The position numbers and the translations under genes are program-made. A stretch of 64,000 nt of DNA from contig CBFFRP010000668.1 in assembly GCA_965644295.1 (NCBI GenBank), positions 62,001-126,000 of the forward strand, written 5' to 3'. The notes beneath the pieces are model-generated. The model did no database searches and was not told the DNA's origin. It saw only the letters and a list, made by a program, of their open reading frames with translations. The stretch is from Paraphysomonas bandaiensis. Lineage: Eukaryota; Protista; Chrysophyceae. This document shows, piece by piece, positions 47,001-58,792 of the stretch. How positions within the stretch are numbered: position 1 is the stretch's first letter; every line of letters begins with the position of its first letter.

Positions 47001-49691
47001 GTCATCGAGTTAAATGACCCAATACACGCTGCGGACATCGAAAGATACACCGCCGAGCACTTCAGTTATCAGAACGCGGTATCACCCCCGCAAGAGGAAC
47101 TAGGATGCCCCGTGGAAGGAACAGCTCCAGGGAGGAGCAGTTCAACCGATAGCCGTCATGACGCCACACGGGGCGGGAGTCACAGCCATTTGAGAGGACC
47201 CTACTCAAATGAAAAGGAGGCAAGGCCTCGCCGCACAGCAGAAGCTCAGCGGAATACAGTGCCGAAGGAGGCACGGGGTGACAACAAGTGCGATCACCCT
47301 GCTCGTAAGGTCAAACGAGCTATCAAGACTGTGAATTCCCAGGGTGACAGGAGCCGGCAAAGCCCGGATGTCACAATTACGGGTGTAAGGACACCCCACC
47401 GTCACAAGGTGAGCCGTTGCGTAAAGAAAAGTCTCCACAGCAAGAGGCAGACCAGAAAAAGGGTAATCATGAATGTACACAAATTCGGTGATAATATATA
47501 CCACTGTGATGTTGATAAAAGATATTTGTACAACCACAAAACACCTGATAAACATGATAGTTACAGAACATTATACATGAATGATGTTGACATCATTATG
47601 CATGCAAATGACACATGTAGCAATGATGTACCTAACACACCTAACAATGTTGGCGAGGCACTATCAGGCAGGTACAAGGAACAATGGCTGAAAGCCATCA
47701 ACAAAGAAATCAAGTCTTTAGAGAGCAAAGGCTGTTGGAGGATAACGACACCACCAGCAAATTCCAACATCATAAGGGGAAAATTCGTGTTTAGGGTAAA
47801 GGTCAAGCGAGATGAGGTTACCTTCAAGGCGAGGTTAGTGGCTCAAGGTTTCTCCCAGGTCGAGGGTAAAGACTACAACGAAACCTACAGCCCAGTCGCA
47901 AAGGCCACATCAATGAGAACAGTCATAGCACTAGCAACTATACTTGGGTTGGAGCTTCACCAGGTAGATTTCTCCACTGCTTACATCAATGCAGACCTCC
48001 AAGAGGAAATTTACATGTATCCACCCGCTGGTCTCAATGTTCCAAACGGTAAAGTCCTCAGACTTCTAAAGAGTATATACGGACTCAAACAGTCCGGGTT
48101 AAATTGGTATAAATGTTGTACTAATTATTTGTTAGACTGTGGTTTTACCAGATTAGTGTCCGACCCGTGCATATTCACGAAATCAATCAATGGTCGACCC
48201 ATAATTCTGGCAGTTTACGTCGATGACATCATTATCGCCGGTAAAAGTAGGACTGACATCATCCAAATCAAGAATTCGTTAGCTGAAAAATTCGACATTC
48301 ATGATCTCGGCCTCCTAGATTACTATCTCGGCATATTCGTCAAACAGGATATACAGAATCGAACTACGACACTAAATCAATCTCAATACATACGGAACCT
48401 ACTCCACAGATTCAACATGGAAGATTGCAAGCCACGAAGTCACCCCATGACAACAAATTTTCATATAGACATTCTCGAAAAGAAACAACTATCTCAAGAA
48501 AATCAAGAATTTGTCCAAAATTTTCCTTACAAGGAGCTCATAGGTTCACTTATGTATATTGCTGTGTGCACTAGACCTGATATTGCATATGCTGTAAACA
48601 CCCTTGCTCGTTTCAGTACTAATCCAAATCTAACTACATGCAAAGCCGCATTAAACATACTTAGGTACCTCAAAGGCACTATCGATCAAGGTCTACAGTA
48701 CTCCGGGAAGTCTGTTACTTTAACTGGATTCGCTGACAGTGATTGGGCACGCTGTAACTTAACTCGCAGGTCGACCACAGCGTTTTGCTTCTTTATTGGA
48801 AATTGTCTCATTTCCTGGCAATCACGACTCCAGACCACTGTAGCTCTATCCTCTACAGAAGCGGAGTACATGGCACTATCAACAGCATGTCAAGAAGCTA
48901 TTTGGCTACGGTCACTACTCTCGGAATTGGGCTTCCACATGCCATACTCAACAACCATATGGTGTGACAACAAAGGTGCAATTCAACTATGCCTAAACCC
49001 CGTACACCACCGACGAACAAAACATATTGCCATCAGATATCACTTCATAAGAGAACAAGTCGCATCGCACTCTATTATTGTTGATTACATGCCTACAAAC
49101 GAGATGCTGGCCGACATTCTAACTAAACCCCTCACATCAAACACGTTCCACAGATTGCGGGATTCACTAATGGGGGGGGGAGGTATCAACATACCTGCTA
49201 GCAATAAAAGAACAAAAGTACCTATCCCACCGGCAGAGAACTCAACCAAGAGACCACGATGGATGACTTAGAGATCTACGGAGTTTCCCACGAGTATGCT
49301 GTATGTTGACATCAGTGTAATCCACAATCTGTGATTGCACTCGTGGGTTTTACCCTCAGTAGAACTATCTCCAAATATATACACCTATATCCGTATATCT
49401 ATGTATACGTCATATGATTATTTCATTGAGGGGGAGTATTAGGAGTCATTGATTCACGTATATCTCTTAACGCGTGAATACAACACACATATACAATGAA
49501 ATACCAAATAGACTGAATAATTACCAAACTATACATGATACGCGACTGTACAAGATACGCACATGTATGTGGTGCTAACGCTCTGCTCAAACATGTCTTG
49601 CTATTATACTATTAGGCCTTATCGTTCAATCTTTATCTCTAATAATTTCAAGTATATTCTTACTAAATATTAAGACTAACCTTAAATCTTA
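44074..49691 (+). mobile_element. Copia element A; 5' LTR 44074-44318 (missing its first 10 nt), 3' LTR 49437-49691 (TA...TA ends)
   Basis: 245 bp identical between the LTRs by eye; PPT GAGGGGGAG before 49437; no short TSD. Confidence 0.93.
44331..49271 (+). CDS. Copia Gag-Pol polyprotein, intact (Gag, CCHC, PR, IN, RT, RNase H)
   Basis: CFRCNGSNHIAAEC, ILDSGC, HRRLTH..CDGCAQGK, VDFTGP/ADGGRE/QERPWR, KARLVAQG, YVDD, ADSDW..SSTEAEY..CDN..ADILTK; Copia domain order. Confidence 0.96.
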   Translation: MSSKTNSYDNSDSDSSDKRKDSMPPFDAKNFSKWQKKSRAWFFRKPKIVYILRNDPPEEPIRQEEETEEDYLYRKNAYDENMQYFEEGNNYLWSLLSSAVIGQNEEAEGIIETVPEGDGKRAWSEIEKHFKDKTSNDTITDLIGQLQSIKIKQAQTINQFLDEVEKLRLKLATHGHKVSEQDLISRIRQGMVSNENQTYKDLAINLQMNPIDDYKTLIRRLRAFEHSTVGSLLSQNTETKRDSANYSSTGKQPFNPRLPKKQKHNNGQRKQKKFNKSNRATSAKSREVKCFRCNGSNHIAAECKHSWEHIQQMQKSTNKRNDDKRGKGHHSKNTSSKHPRNSHRDSNLRLEDYDDEGPNDDNDYSAFSGMITDNHVLHTEHEKQEFGILDSGCTISITAARSLLSEFTYDQTTIYTAKSGSEMQALGYGKLGLISKCKLVPDASKTLISISQLTTDANCNIVFGQNEARVYHDGILLTTARKQNGLYEVRLSDLGYIQDQCNLASTSSGSSISLAHRRLTHASIGLIQKALKLNLVKGITIPKSDLSSPQLPEGLCDGCAQGKAHRRKHRRETRQMIPTKTRRSQELGGLIAVDFTGPFSPPAIVTGNTVVFGATDAASRYSWTFYGKHRTEDFVIECIQKIVDYLHSKGKRLIHYHADGGRELVSHRVLNLLRKLGSTWTFNAPYTPEDNPIQERPWRTTKERTLASICNSGLPPNFWEQAMSTVTHMKNRLPCATAKGFISPYQFIHDEAPDLSYARIWGCKCHTFIDKSQRRNDWSPHSHIGYFMGYREDGPGYVIYVPSLKDFVISSHVFFNECIPDVKENYYAEIESSLREENSENRTAESFQYLVGMTHTDPQDGLQYITTRITVIKGHVAAYRGLAPRENEGRVIELNDPIHAADIERYTAEHFSYQNAVSPPQEELGCPVEGTAPGRSSSTDSRHDATRGGSHSHLRGPYSNEKEARPRRTAEAQRNTVPKEARGDNKCDHPARKVKRAIKTVNSQGDRSRQSPDVTITGVRTPHRHKVSRCVKKSLHSKRQTRKRVIMNVHKFGDNIYHCDVDKRYLYNHKTPDKHDSYRTLYMNDVDIIMHANDTCSNDVPNTPNNVGEALSGRYKEQWLKAINKEIKSLESKGCWRITTPPANSNIIRGKFVFRVKVKRDEVTFKARLVAQGFSQVEGKDYNETYSPVAKATSMRTVIALATILGLELHQVDFSTAYINADLQEEIYMYPPAGLNVPNGKVLRLLKSIYGLKQSGLNWYKCCTNYLLDCGFTRLVSDPCIFTKSINGRPIILAVYVDDIIIAGKSRTDIIQIKNSLAEKFDIHDLGLLDYYLGIFVKQDIQNRTTTLNQSQYIRNLLHRFNMEDCKPRSHPMTTNFHIDILEKKQLSQENQEFVQNFPYKELIGSLMYIAVCTRPDIAYAVNTLARFSTNPNLTTCKAALNILRYLKGTIDQGLQYSGKSVTLTGFADSDWARCNLTRRSTTAFCFFIGNCLISWQSRLQTTVALSSTEAEYMALSTACQEAIWLRSLLSELGFHMPYSTTIWCDNKGAIQLCLNPVHHRRTKHIAIRYHFIREQVASHSIIVDYMPTNEMLADILTKPLTSNTFHRLRDSLMGGGGINIPASNKRTKVPIPPAENSTKRPRWMT

Positions 49692-49694
49692 TTT

Positions 49695-50213
49695 TTTTAG
49701 GCACATACTTGTGATTCTGTTCACGCTTTACAAAGTCTCAATTATTATTCGTCGCTTTATAAAATTCGCCGGTATACATCTCATATTTCTGGATACTGTG
49801 CATACCAGACAATGTTCCGTTTCTATCCTAGAACTGTTCAATACTCTGATAAGGAATACCACAAAAAAATTCAAATACATAATATTCGTAACATCAATAT
49901 ACACTCGTTATAGAGCCATTTAAGAACTCCTCCTAGACAATAGCATCAAGCAACCATTCAAAAATCCCGAAGTCAGTCATTGTTTGTGGCGCTTCTGAGT
50001 ATGAACTGGCGCATCTTCTATACTGCACTGTCTCAAAAGTTTGAATCATTTTACGTGCCATGAGAAGTACATGAGATGGGTATATCAAAAAATGGCATAT
50101 TCCACTGTAGTCACACTGATAACTTCCTTTACTTCCCTGTATACATACATCACAGCATCGTAAACAACAACAGCAAGAAGATAAAACACATCGCACTGAT
50201 ACCTGATGGCATA
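49695..50213. repeat. Right copy of the 519-bp host duplication
   Basis: Matches 38947-39465. Confidence 0.95.
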
Positions 50214-50727
50214 AGCACACAATGCAGCAGCAATCTACGTGGCCTGTTTGGCTCCAATGTGACCAGTATGTGTGTTCGATGACACAATTTCCTCCACTCT
50301 CCTGTTATGAAGGCCCATAGTATGGATTCTATGCTGACGACAGGAATAGCTGGCCTGCCTTTAACAACAGCACCATCATGCACAACATGTCCCACTTTTT
50401 GGTGAAAAGTTGCCGAAATCGAGGTTTACACATTCAAATATCGGAAAACAGGAGTATAAAAACAGCAGTACCTGTACACATCGTGAATAAGTACAAGTAT
50501 GGCAGTACAGTTACTCTGGAGGCCTATCACACACAGCACTGCAGGACGCACGTGCGGCTGATTGTTATCAGCTCAGCCTCATGATTGTGTGCGCCAGTCT
50601 TGTTGGAACACTGCGTGTGTGATATCATCGTGTAGCTACCTCACTACAGTACCGGTGGAGCAGTAGCAGTAGCAGTAGCAGTACACCGTATACGCATATA
50701 TATATACACTGACTACATTATAGTAAC

Positions 50728-52896
50728 ATGTGCGGAATAGCGGCTCTGCTGTCGCACATATGCCGCGACAGTGATGCGCTGGATGGGCTGTGGTCCTGTG
50801 TCCTTGAAGACATCGCCCGCAGAGGTCCTCACTGGTCAGGGGTGTGTGAGTCGAGTGGGATCATTCTCGCAGGCAGTGTACTGCATATACAGGGAGACCA
50901 CATCACCGCACAGCCCTGTGTGGACGTTGACAACAACATATTGCTTTGGAATGGTGAAGTGTTCGGTGGTATAGAGGGGATGGATGGTGGTGATGGTGAT
51001 GATGATGGTACAAGTGACACTCGTATAGTATCTGACCGGTTAAGAGAGTGTGTGTCTAAAGCCGGCGCTCAAGCGAGCTGCAGTGATATTGCTAGTGCTG
51101 TTGCCCACACGATTTGTACTGTAGAGGGACCGTATGCGTTCATATATTTTCATGCGGCATCAGAAACAGTTGTCTATGGTAGAGATCCCTTTGGTCGACG
51201 AAGCCTTCTTGCACTGAGTGAGTGCAGTTTCACGAATGATGATACCCGAAATCGACATATATTGCTGTCATCAGTGTGTTGCAATAGTAGCCCCCTTCCT
51301 GAGTGCCTTAAGTGGGAAGAACTAACCGTGGGTGGAGTTTATGCTCAAAGAAATGGGGAAACGTTACAAGTACCGTGGCCAGAGAATAGACTGCGCTTAG
51401 GGGTTATTCCTCCCGCCTCCACGCCCAGTGACCACAATGTCGTCGGAGCAGCGAAATATGCTCAAGGTTTTCTGGATGCGCTGATGTTTGGCATGTCGAG
51501 GCGGATACGTCGTGTGCATGACCTTGATTCATCAGATATCCCGACGGCTGGTGAAGAATCTACTTGTGCTGTAGGCGTGCTTTTCTCTGGTGGAGTGGAC
51601 TCAGTATTACTTGCTGCAGCACTTCACTTATCTCTGCCATCCCACCTTGGTACATGCGTTATCGATCTAATCAATGTCACCTTTGACATTGAAGGTCAAA
51701 CCACATTATCACCCGATAGACTTTCTGCCATAGCGTCATTAGGAGAACTACAGATGGTCTTTCCAGAGCGGAACTGGCGATTAGTGCATGTGGACATAGA
51801 CACACAGGAGAGATGTCGTCACGAAACTCACATAATGGGTCTGATTCACCCTCTCTGTACTCACATGGACCTAAATATTGGGACCGCCTTCTGGTTTGCG
51901 GCTCGTGGGGAAGGATATCTGCGGAGTTATTCTGCGGAGGATTTGACTAATGCATATAGTATTGAAGAAAAAGGAAGGCCACTTGTTCGCCGTGGAGCAG
52001 AGGGGGCGCGACTTGGGGCCGGGAAGAAATCAACTGATTGTCGCGATACGCACACCTCTAATGCTGGACGTGAAGTATGTAGCGCTCCAGGCTGCGGTCG
52101 GGTAGGCAAGACAGGGTGTCCCTATCTCCTTTGCAGACGGTGCTGCCTACGTAAGCGTGAGGAGAGGAGTGGGGATGCTAGTGGAGAGGGGAGTGGTTGC
52201 CCTGCACATAGAAGTCGGGGAGAGCAAAATAAAAAAAATACCCCCGCGCTTAGCAAGTACGAGAAGGTGGTGGAAGAACTTCCGGGTTGTGTTCGTGGGT
52301 CAGGTATTCAAGAAGGTGATACGCCATACCGGTCCGAATGCAGAGTACTCCTTGTGGGAATCGGTGCTGATGAACAGTTGGGTGGATATGGGAGACATCG
52401 TACCGTATTCCAGCGCGGCGGCGAAGACAGTCTGCGCAGAGAAATACAGAGTGATACCGCCAGACTCTGGACGCGAAACCTTGGAAGGTACGACCCTTTA
52501 ACGATGGAAAAGGTATTTTCTCATACTTGATATGAGCAGAGATGACAGATGCGTATCGGATCATGGGAGGGAGTGTTGGTTTCCTTTCATCGACGAACAC
52601 GTTGTCTCCTTCCTTGAGAAAACACCTCTTGATATGGTGAGATGCTTGTATTTTTTAGCTTCGTATTAATACTTCGTACACATCAGCGGTGTGATTTCTC
52701 TTTACCAATGGGCGTGGGTGACAAGAAGATATTGCGGGATGCAGCTCTCATTCTGGGCCTTTCCAATACTGCTGAGTTAGTTAAACGAGCTATCCAATTT
52801 GGAACTCGAATTGCGAAGCACACAAATGTACAGTTTCATGGAAGTAATCGAAAGGGTAAAGGTACCACTAAAATCACAGCTGTAGAAGATACTTAA
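50728..52896 (+). CDS. ASNSD1: Asparagine synthetase domain-containing protein 1, 3 exons, with an inserted Cys/His zinc finger
   Basis: N-terminal MCGI, RRGP, LLWNGEVF, GRDPFGRRSLL, LFSGGVDS, LINVTF, PDR, GIGADEQLGGYGRH, RNLGRDDR, GDKKILR, KRAIQFGTR. Confidence 0.93.
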
Positions 52897-53075
52897 AATT
52901 TGGTGTATACTGCTACAAGTACTTATATCCATGAATGGATATTGCTAATTAATGTGACAATAAAAAGTGATTATACTTTCCTTTGTGGACTATTACTTTT
53001 GATTCATAGGGAGAGCCACCTTCAATTCATATTATCTGTTACGAGGTTACGAGTTACGAGTACGATTACGTAACT

Positions 53076-53311
53076 AAAAAACTAGTGCTTATCCTTCTAT
53101 TTAGCGCTACGAATGTAGCTTGTGCATCACCGCAAGCACCAAGGTGCAACCATTTTCGCTCAATCACTCAAAATAAACGCAGTGAGCAAGCATATTATAG
53201 TATTATGCATCAGGGTCTGGTAACCACTAATGGCTATGTATTATACGCCTTATTATTAGCAATAGGCGTTAAAAATCTGCACCAGCTTAGTAGCTAGATG
53301 GACAAACTAGT
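53076..53311 (-). mobile_element. Fragments of the shared LINE/SINE 3' tail
   Basis: CGCAAGCACCAAGGTGCAACC (about 53131-53151) and TTAGCAATAGGCGTT (about 53256-53270) motifs. Confidence 0.7.
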
Positions 53312-54280
53312 CAAGCTGGCTCATTAATAGTAGTTGAGCTCCCAGAATTATATTTGCATCAATGAAAAATTTCCCGGAAATTATAATGGTTCATTATGAT
53401 TCATTTGAACGTGACTTTACTACGATATTATACAATACACAATATTAGGGAAAGTAGGGAAAGCACAATGATGACTCGTACACTTTCAAGCGCAAATTAT
53501 TAAAAACGCTCTTAGAGTTGTATTCTACGCTCCTGATGTAGAAGATCAAAATGATGTCAGCTCTATCTTCATGATTCCGGTTTCGGTAACATTGTGCTTA
53601 TCAGAACAGTGTACGTGTACGTCATCATGTTGTCGTACACACGGCAATTGAGTCAGTTCAACTTGCAAGAAGGGGTTTACCTAAATAAATAAATGTCATA
53701 TTTATATATATACTATGTACAATAGTCAATGCATGCGAGTTTTACTCTTTGATAGCAAGAATACAGTTGTGAGATTAACAGTAACACTTACTTATGAACT
53801 TGTTATGAATATAGTAATTTCAATAAAACGGAACTACATTAGCCGCCAGTATATATAGTTACCTCTCATCTGTCATTTTTATTCCAGAGGCACTATATAT
53901 ACCTCGCAGTTGCTATTCGTCAGCAGTTGTTGTAGCCATTGTTGAAATTCGGGAATTTAATGTTTGAGTTAGTCTATAGTGCACCTGCCATTCCCTTATG
54001 TAGATACTATTGATACAAAACAATACTTTGTTTCCCTCATATTAATCAGGGAATATGTAGTTCCTATATCCTCAGACATCAAGCTACAAATAGCAATATA
54101 TTATCGATATTAGGTTTTAAAAATCATGAGTATAAGCTACAATTAATCCTCTATAGAGGGATAGGGAATATATACCTACCTACTACCTACACGTAGCTTT
54201 TACCCTCGTTTTAACAAAAGGCCACCATATCTTGCCAATGAATCAAGTACATCATCACTGCACAATCTGGATCTTCTTAC

Positions 54281-55177
54281 CAGGTTTGCGTAACAATTCA
54301 TTGGTTTTCAATTTATTGGAAATAATTTCCAATTGATTGGATTGCCAATATTAAATTAATTTGTTTTAAAAGTGATAATTGCAACTATTATTATTGATAA
54401 ATGGTGCCAATTAATTGGCTGGCTAAATTATATATAGCATCTTACGATATCTAGCTACTGATCTTAGGTAGAAACCCATTATATATATGTTAGCATAGTA
54501 GTATAGATGTATGTGCACAGTCACGTTATCATTATATTATCAATCGTAATTAGGGTTAGTATACACTTTAACCTCAGCATGCAAGAGTAATATATCATGT
54601 CAAAGATCGTCGGCAAAAAACATGAGCACCTCCATAACGATTGTCTAGATACATAGCATATGATAGCATATGCAACTGCTTCGAAATATTCAAGTATAGT
54701 AGTGTAAATACCGTTATAAGTGTATCCGTTGGGTACCACTATGGGAGGACGAGAAGTATGTGTGTGTGCAAGAATACCTTAATACAGAGGATCCGTAGTG
54801 TATGTGTACAACAATAATGGACTAGAAGCATTATTGTTATACTTATCATTCTTATTATTTATTTACTAGGATGGTATCGAATGAACAGATTTGGTGATTT
54901 ATTCGTCAGTACCCGGGTGGAATCATGTTGTTTAGCAGAGATAAGATTGTTATGACTAGATTTTCGCAAGCGAAAGACACCTCTAGACACCTTAAAATGT
55001 TGAATTTTCTTTGGGATGAGATTATAGTTCAGAAAGTTATTCTAAAATCTATCAATAGAATTAAAGGCAATTACTGCCAATTAATTGCATTGCCAATAAT
55101 AGGATGCTTGATTAATAATTGCAATTAATAGTTGGACACCTGTCACCAATTAATTGTTACATTGTTAGGCAAGCCTG
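54281..55177. mobile_element. Non-autonomous hAT/MITE (family 3), 897 bp, older
   Basis: TIRs CAGGTTTGCGTAACAAT / ATTGTTAGGCAAGCCTG (15/17). TSD CTTCTTAC/CTCCTTAC (7/8). CAATTAATTG subterminal motifs. Confidence 0.8.
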
Positions 55178-55727
55178 CTCCTTACTAACATATATAGCCT
55201 CCTAATAACCCTTTGTGTAATGTTAAATTACAAATGGCAGAACTAAACGCGGTTACAGCGAGGATGAAATGAAATAATAGTGTGTAGATTGTAGTTAGGG
55301 TGGAATCTTTATACTGGGCATTGAGTGTAGCCAAGATATAGTCTGTGGCTAACTTTACTTTCTTCAGGCGATGAGCAGGGGTCTCAAGGGTTACAGGAAT
55401 ATGTAGCTTTTCCTCCAGAATTTTAAATATGTGTGATGGAATTATACTGGACAGCTGGACAGACGACACTAAAGAGTAAATAGCATGGCCAGCACGGTAC
55501 TTGCAAGGAAATATATATCTTGGTGTCGTACAACGAAGTAAAATTAAAACATCTCTAAAATTGATATGACCGGAGTTGAATGAACCACATAAGAACGATT
55601 GTAAGTCATTAATCACGAAAAAACATTTAAAACTAATTTGGGTCACTGCAGAGACTAATGGAATCTATATATTGGTTTGCCTGCATCTATTGCCTTCATA
55701 ACCACGAAGGTACAAAATCAAAATGTG

Positions 55728-56767
55728 TTAGCTACTTCCTTTGAACATCCCAGACGTCTTTACAGTAGTAACTGTGCTAACTCGAATGCCACCAGTCGCT
55801 TTCTCTTTTCTGGTCTTGACCGCTCGCCGAAGCGACTTTTCCCACTCGTCTCTCTTCAGCCGATAAAGCATCATAGCAGATTTGGCATCAATACCCTAAA
55901 ATTGCGCCATACTTGTCAAAACAAATATCCACACAATGCTACAAAAATACCGGGTCATGTTCACCGTCCTGGATGGTCAAGCCAAGGAACTGCTTTGAGA
56001 GATCGCGCAATGATCGTGGCCGCATTTTGCCTCCGGCCTTCCCATGAGCCTGCGTAAATGCAATAATTCAACCGCCGTAGAGAAAATATCGACTACATAC
56101 TCGCATATATGGAGCATATGTTGCTGTATCGCGTATCTGTGAGCGGTGGTGGCTAAGCATAAGTACATCCAAGTCATTGTGGAGGGCGTGTCCAACAAGT
56201 ATCTTTCCGTGTATGAGAGCCGCCACCTGTTGCATGCACTGTGTATATACATAATAAGTAATCCATATACAAAGCGCCATGATACCACCCACCTCTTCTA
56301 GAGTTACTGCTACACCCTTTCGCAGATCGCTTTTACGGACACCACTGTACTTCGTTCTGAAATCAGTTACGAAACTTTTCGGCCTCACAAACTTGTCGTA
56401 AATTTTATTTCCATCGAAGTCAACAAGACAGCAACGCGCAAGCGCACTTCGTTTTCCACTGGACCCTATCCCAACCATTTCGCAGTCTAGTGCGATGTAT
56501 TTGGATTTCTCAGTGGCATCGAGATCGTCCCCTGAACATATGATACGATTACACTCAGAGTGCTCCACATACAGATGTATCTCTACCTGGGACTGCACTT
56601 CCATTCATAGAGCAGGTGCCAGCACCTTCAGACTGTATGGTTTGTTTCAGTCTAACGGCGTCTGTGATGTCGCTTCTCTTTCGTTTCTTATTAGGCGCAT
56701 CTTTCACACGCTTCGTATCAGATGTGTCGTTAAGCTTACGTTTCAATGACGCCCAGTTACTGCTCAT
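55728..56767 (-). CDS. REXO4: RNA exonuclease 4 (DEDDh 3'-5' exonuclease), multi-exon
   Basis: MSSNW N-terminus; ALDCEMVG, VTDFRTKYSG, LVGHALHND, IRDTA, SLRDL...IQDGEHDPGIDA. Confidence 0.92.
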
Positions 56768-57554
56768 ATTGAATTACTCCTCAGTTCTTATGGTGACGGC
56801 TGTGCTGTGCTGTGCTGTGGTGTGTATGGCTCATTCACTCCTTCATTGTTCTCTCTTCTCTATGGATGTGTATGTATGTATGCGGCTATATACATGCTTA
56901 TACATAGAGCCCCTCTGCGTCCCTCTGCATAGAGAATGTACAGAGGCCTCTCCCACCACCATTGACAGCTCCCAGCATATGATTGGATGACACCCACCCC
57001 ACTCCAGCCATACCGCATGTACAGCGGTATACCGCATACACTCTATACTGCTGTACATAACACACCAACACATGCGTCACGTACTCCAGTTACTGCTGCA
57101 GGCACCCTGCTTTTTTGTGGAGCGAAGGAGTCGTAGATTCAATCCAATGTGGTGGTAAAAAATCCTGCCTAGCGAATCATGGATTGCCACCTGATGCAGT
57201 GTCGTTGAAATGGATAACGATTTAGGATTATAAGATGCTCATATTTTCTTTCCCCGTATCCTACCGGGATTTTGAACAGAGTGTAATGAATGTTTGTATT
57301 TGTCGCAATTTCAATAGTTCGGACGCTTCTCACAATGCGAATATATGATCACCAGACTTTCGATTTGGACGAACATGAATTTGAAGATCATGAAAAAATT
57401 CCGTTATGGTTTAAACATGTATTTTCTCTATTTCTTTTCTTGCTATAGGTCTCTGTATAAACTTACGTAAATATATTGAGTGCTAACTGATAAACTGGAT
57501 GTTAAGTGGGGCAAAATATTAGACAAAGCTGAAATCCCTTGCGGAATACAGTAT

Positions 57555-57774
57555 TGAATGCCTTAATATTAGCAATAGGCGTGTAAAAGTCAGAACTAAT
57601 GAAGCATTGCAAATAACTAACTAGTACTCTTTTACCACACAAACATTTGGCTATGAGTTTGGAGAACGTTATCCGCTCTCAATGTTTGCGGCTCATGTTA
57701 GTTTTTTGAAGAATTCTCACCTGTACTTATTCACCATAACACCAACAAAAGGTGCGAGTCGACTTTGTTGAGGG
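57555..57774 (-). mobile_element. Internally deleted copy of the ribozyme-headed SINE/SIDE family
   Basis: The reverse complement reads CCCTCAACAAAGTCGACTCGCACC..GGTGTT..ACTAACATGAGCC..TTGTGTGGTA joined to the tail ...ACGCCTATTGCTAA. Confidence 0.75.
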
Positions 57775-58462
57775 TTGTGGAATAAAGCAGAGCTTTAATA
57801 TACGTTCAAATAAAACAATAAAAGATATATTTTGGGCTTGATAGCTGTGTTCCACTACTCGAACTAAAGATATACCCACGATGCAGTGCAATGTGTTAAT
57901 AGTGTCATATGTGTTTGTAGTTAGTAGATAACTAACTTCTCTAATTGGATAAAACGATGTACTATTTCCTAATTCACGTATACTACATAGGTATTAGTCG
58001 TGAATCGCGATACATGATTATGAGCGAACTAGAAGAACTGAAACGTATTCATGCAATAACAAATATATGTGAGCTGAAAGGGTAGAAATAGAAATATATA
58101 GAATACCAAAAAGTACAGAGTAGTTTGCTTTGACACGCACACAAAACGACGACGAAGTAAAGAGTAAAATTTTCCTTCATGGTTTCTATTTCTTTTGCCT
58201 CAGTCTTGGTTGCAGTTTCTATAGGGTGCCAACATATAGCGATGGTGGAGTGGAAGGCAGAGATATTTGCCTCTGATTTTCGTTTGTAGCTTTACATTAT
58301 CTAGATCTAAAATACTTGTTTTTCTACTGAGATAATATACTAGGAAATACGGAAATACTATGCGAACTGTCATTCATCTTGAGCAGATGATAGAAATGAA
58401 TTATTGGAATACCTTCTTATTAATATATAGTAAACTCACTCATAGTGCCCACATCTCGAAAT

Positions 58463-58792
58463 CTAGGTTTGAGGGTCCGTTTTACGACGCCAATTCTGCA
58501 AAAAAAACGATATTAAACCTTTTAGCATTACATTTCATATCTTACATCAGTGTTAGGATCAAACAAGAAGTCCATGTCGTTGTAAAACATAACATCAAGA
58601 AGATATCCGAAAAATAAGAAGACGAAAGCTGTCATCTGCATTGCAACCATAACTCAGACTTATTTTCAGTTCTAATTGAACACCTACCCAGTACATCCAG
58701 AAGTAAGTTTGGTCCGCTGGGCTGTAGGTCAGATATACGAAAGTTGCAGCAAGAACCATGAGCACGAGCTCCAACTGATGACGGGCATTCAT
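58463..58792 (-). CDS. Small two-TM protein of about 75 aa, 3 exons
   Basis: Two GT-AG introns give MNARHQLELVLMVLAATFVYLTYSPADQTYFWMYWMTAFVFLFFGYLLDVMFYNDMDFLFDPNTDNWRRKTDPQT*. Confidence 0.75.

Noticed and set aside
38947-50213. The 519-bp repeats as LTRs of one giant element
   Set aside because: No TG...CA ends, PBS, PPT or TSD; the right copy runs seamlessly into unique host sequence.
49933-50400. Protein-coding gene divergent from ASNSD1
   Set aside because: An intron-like segment exists, but I could not build a convincing spliced ORF.
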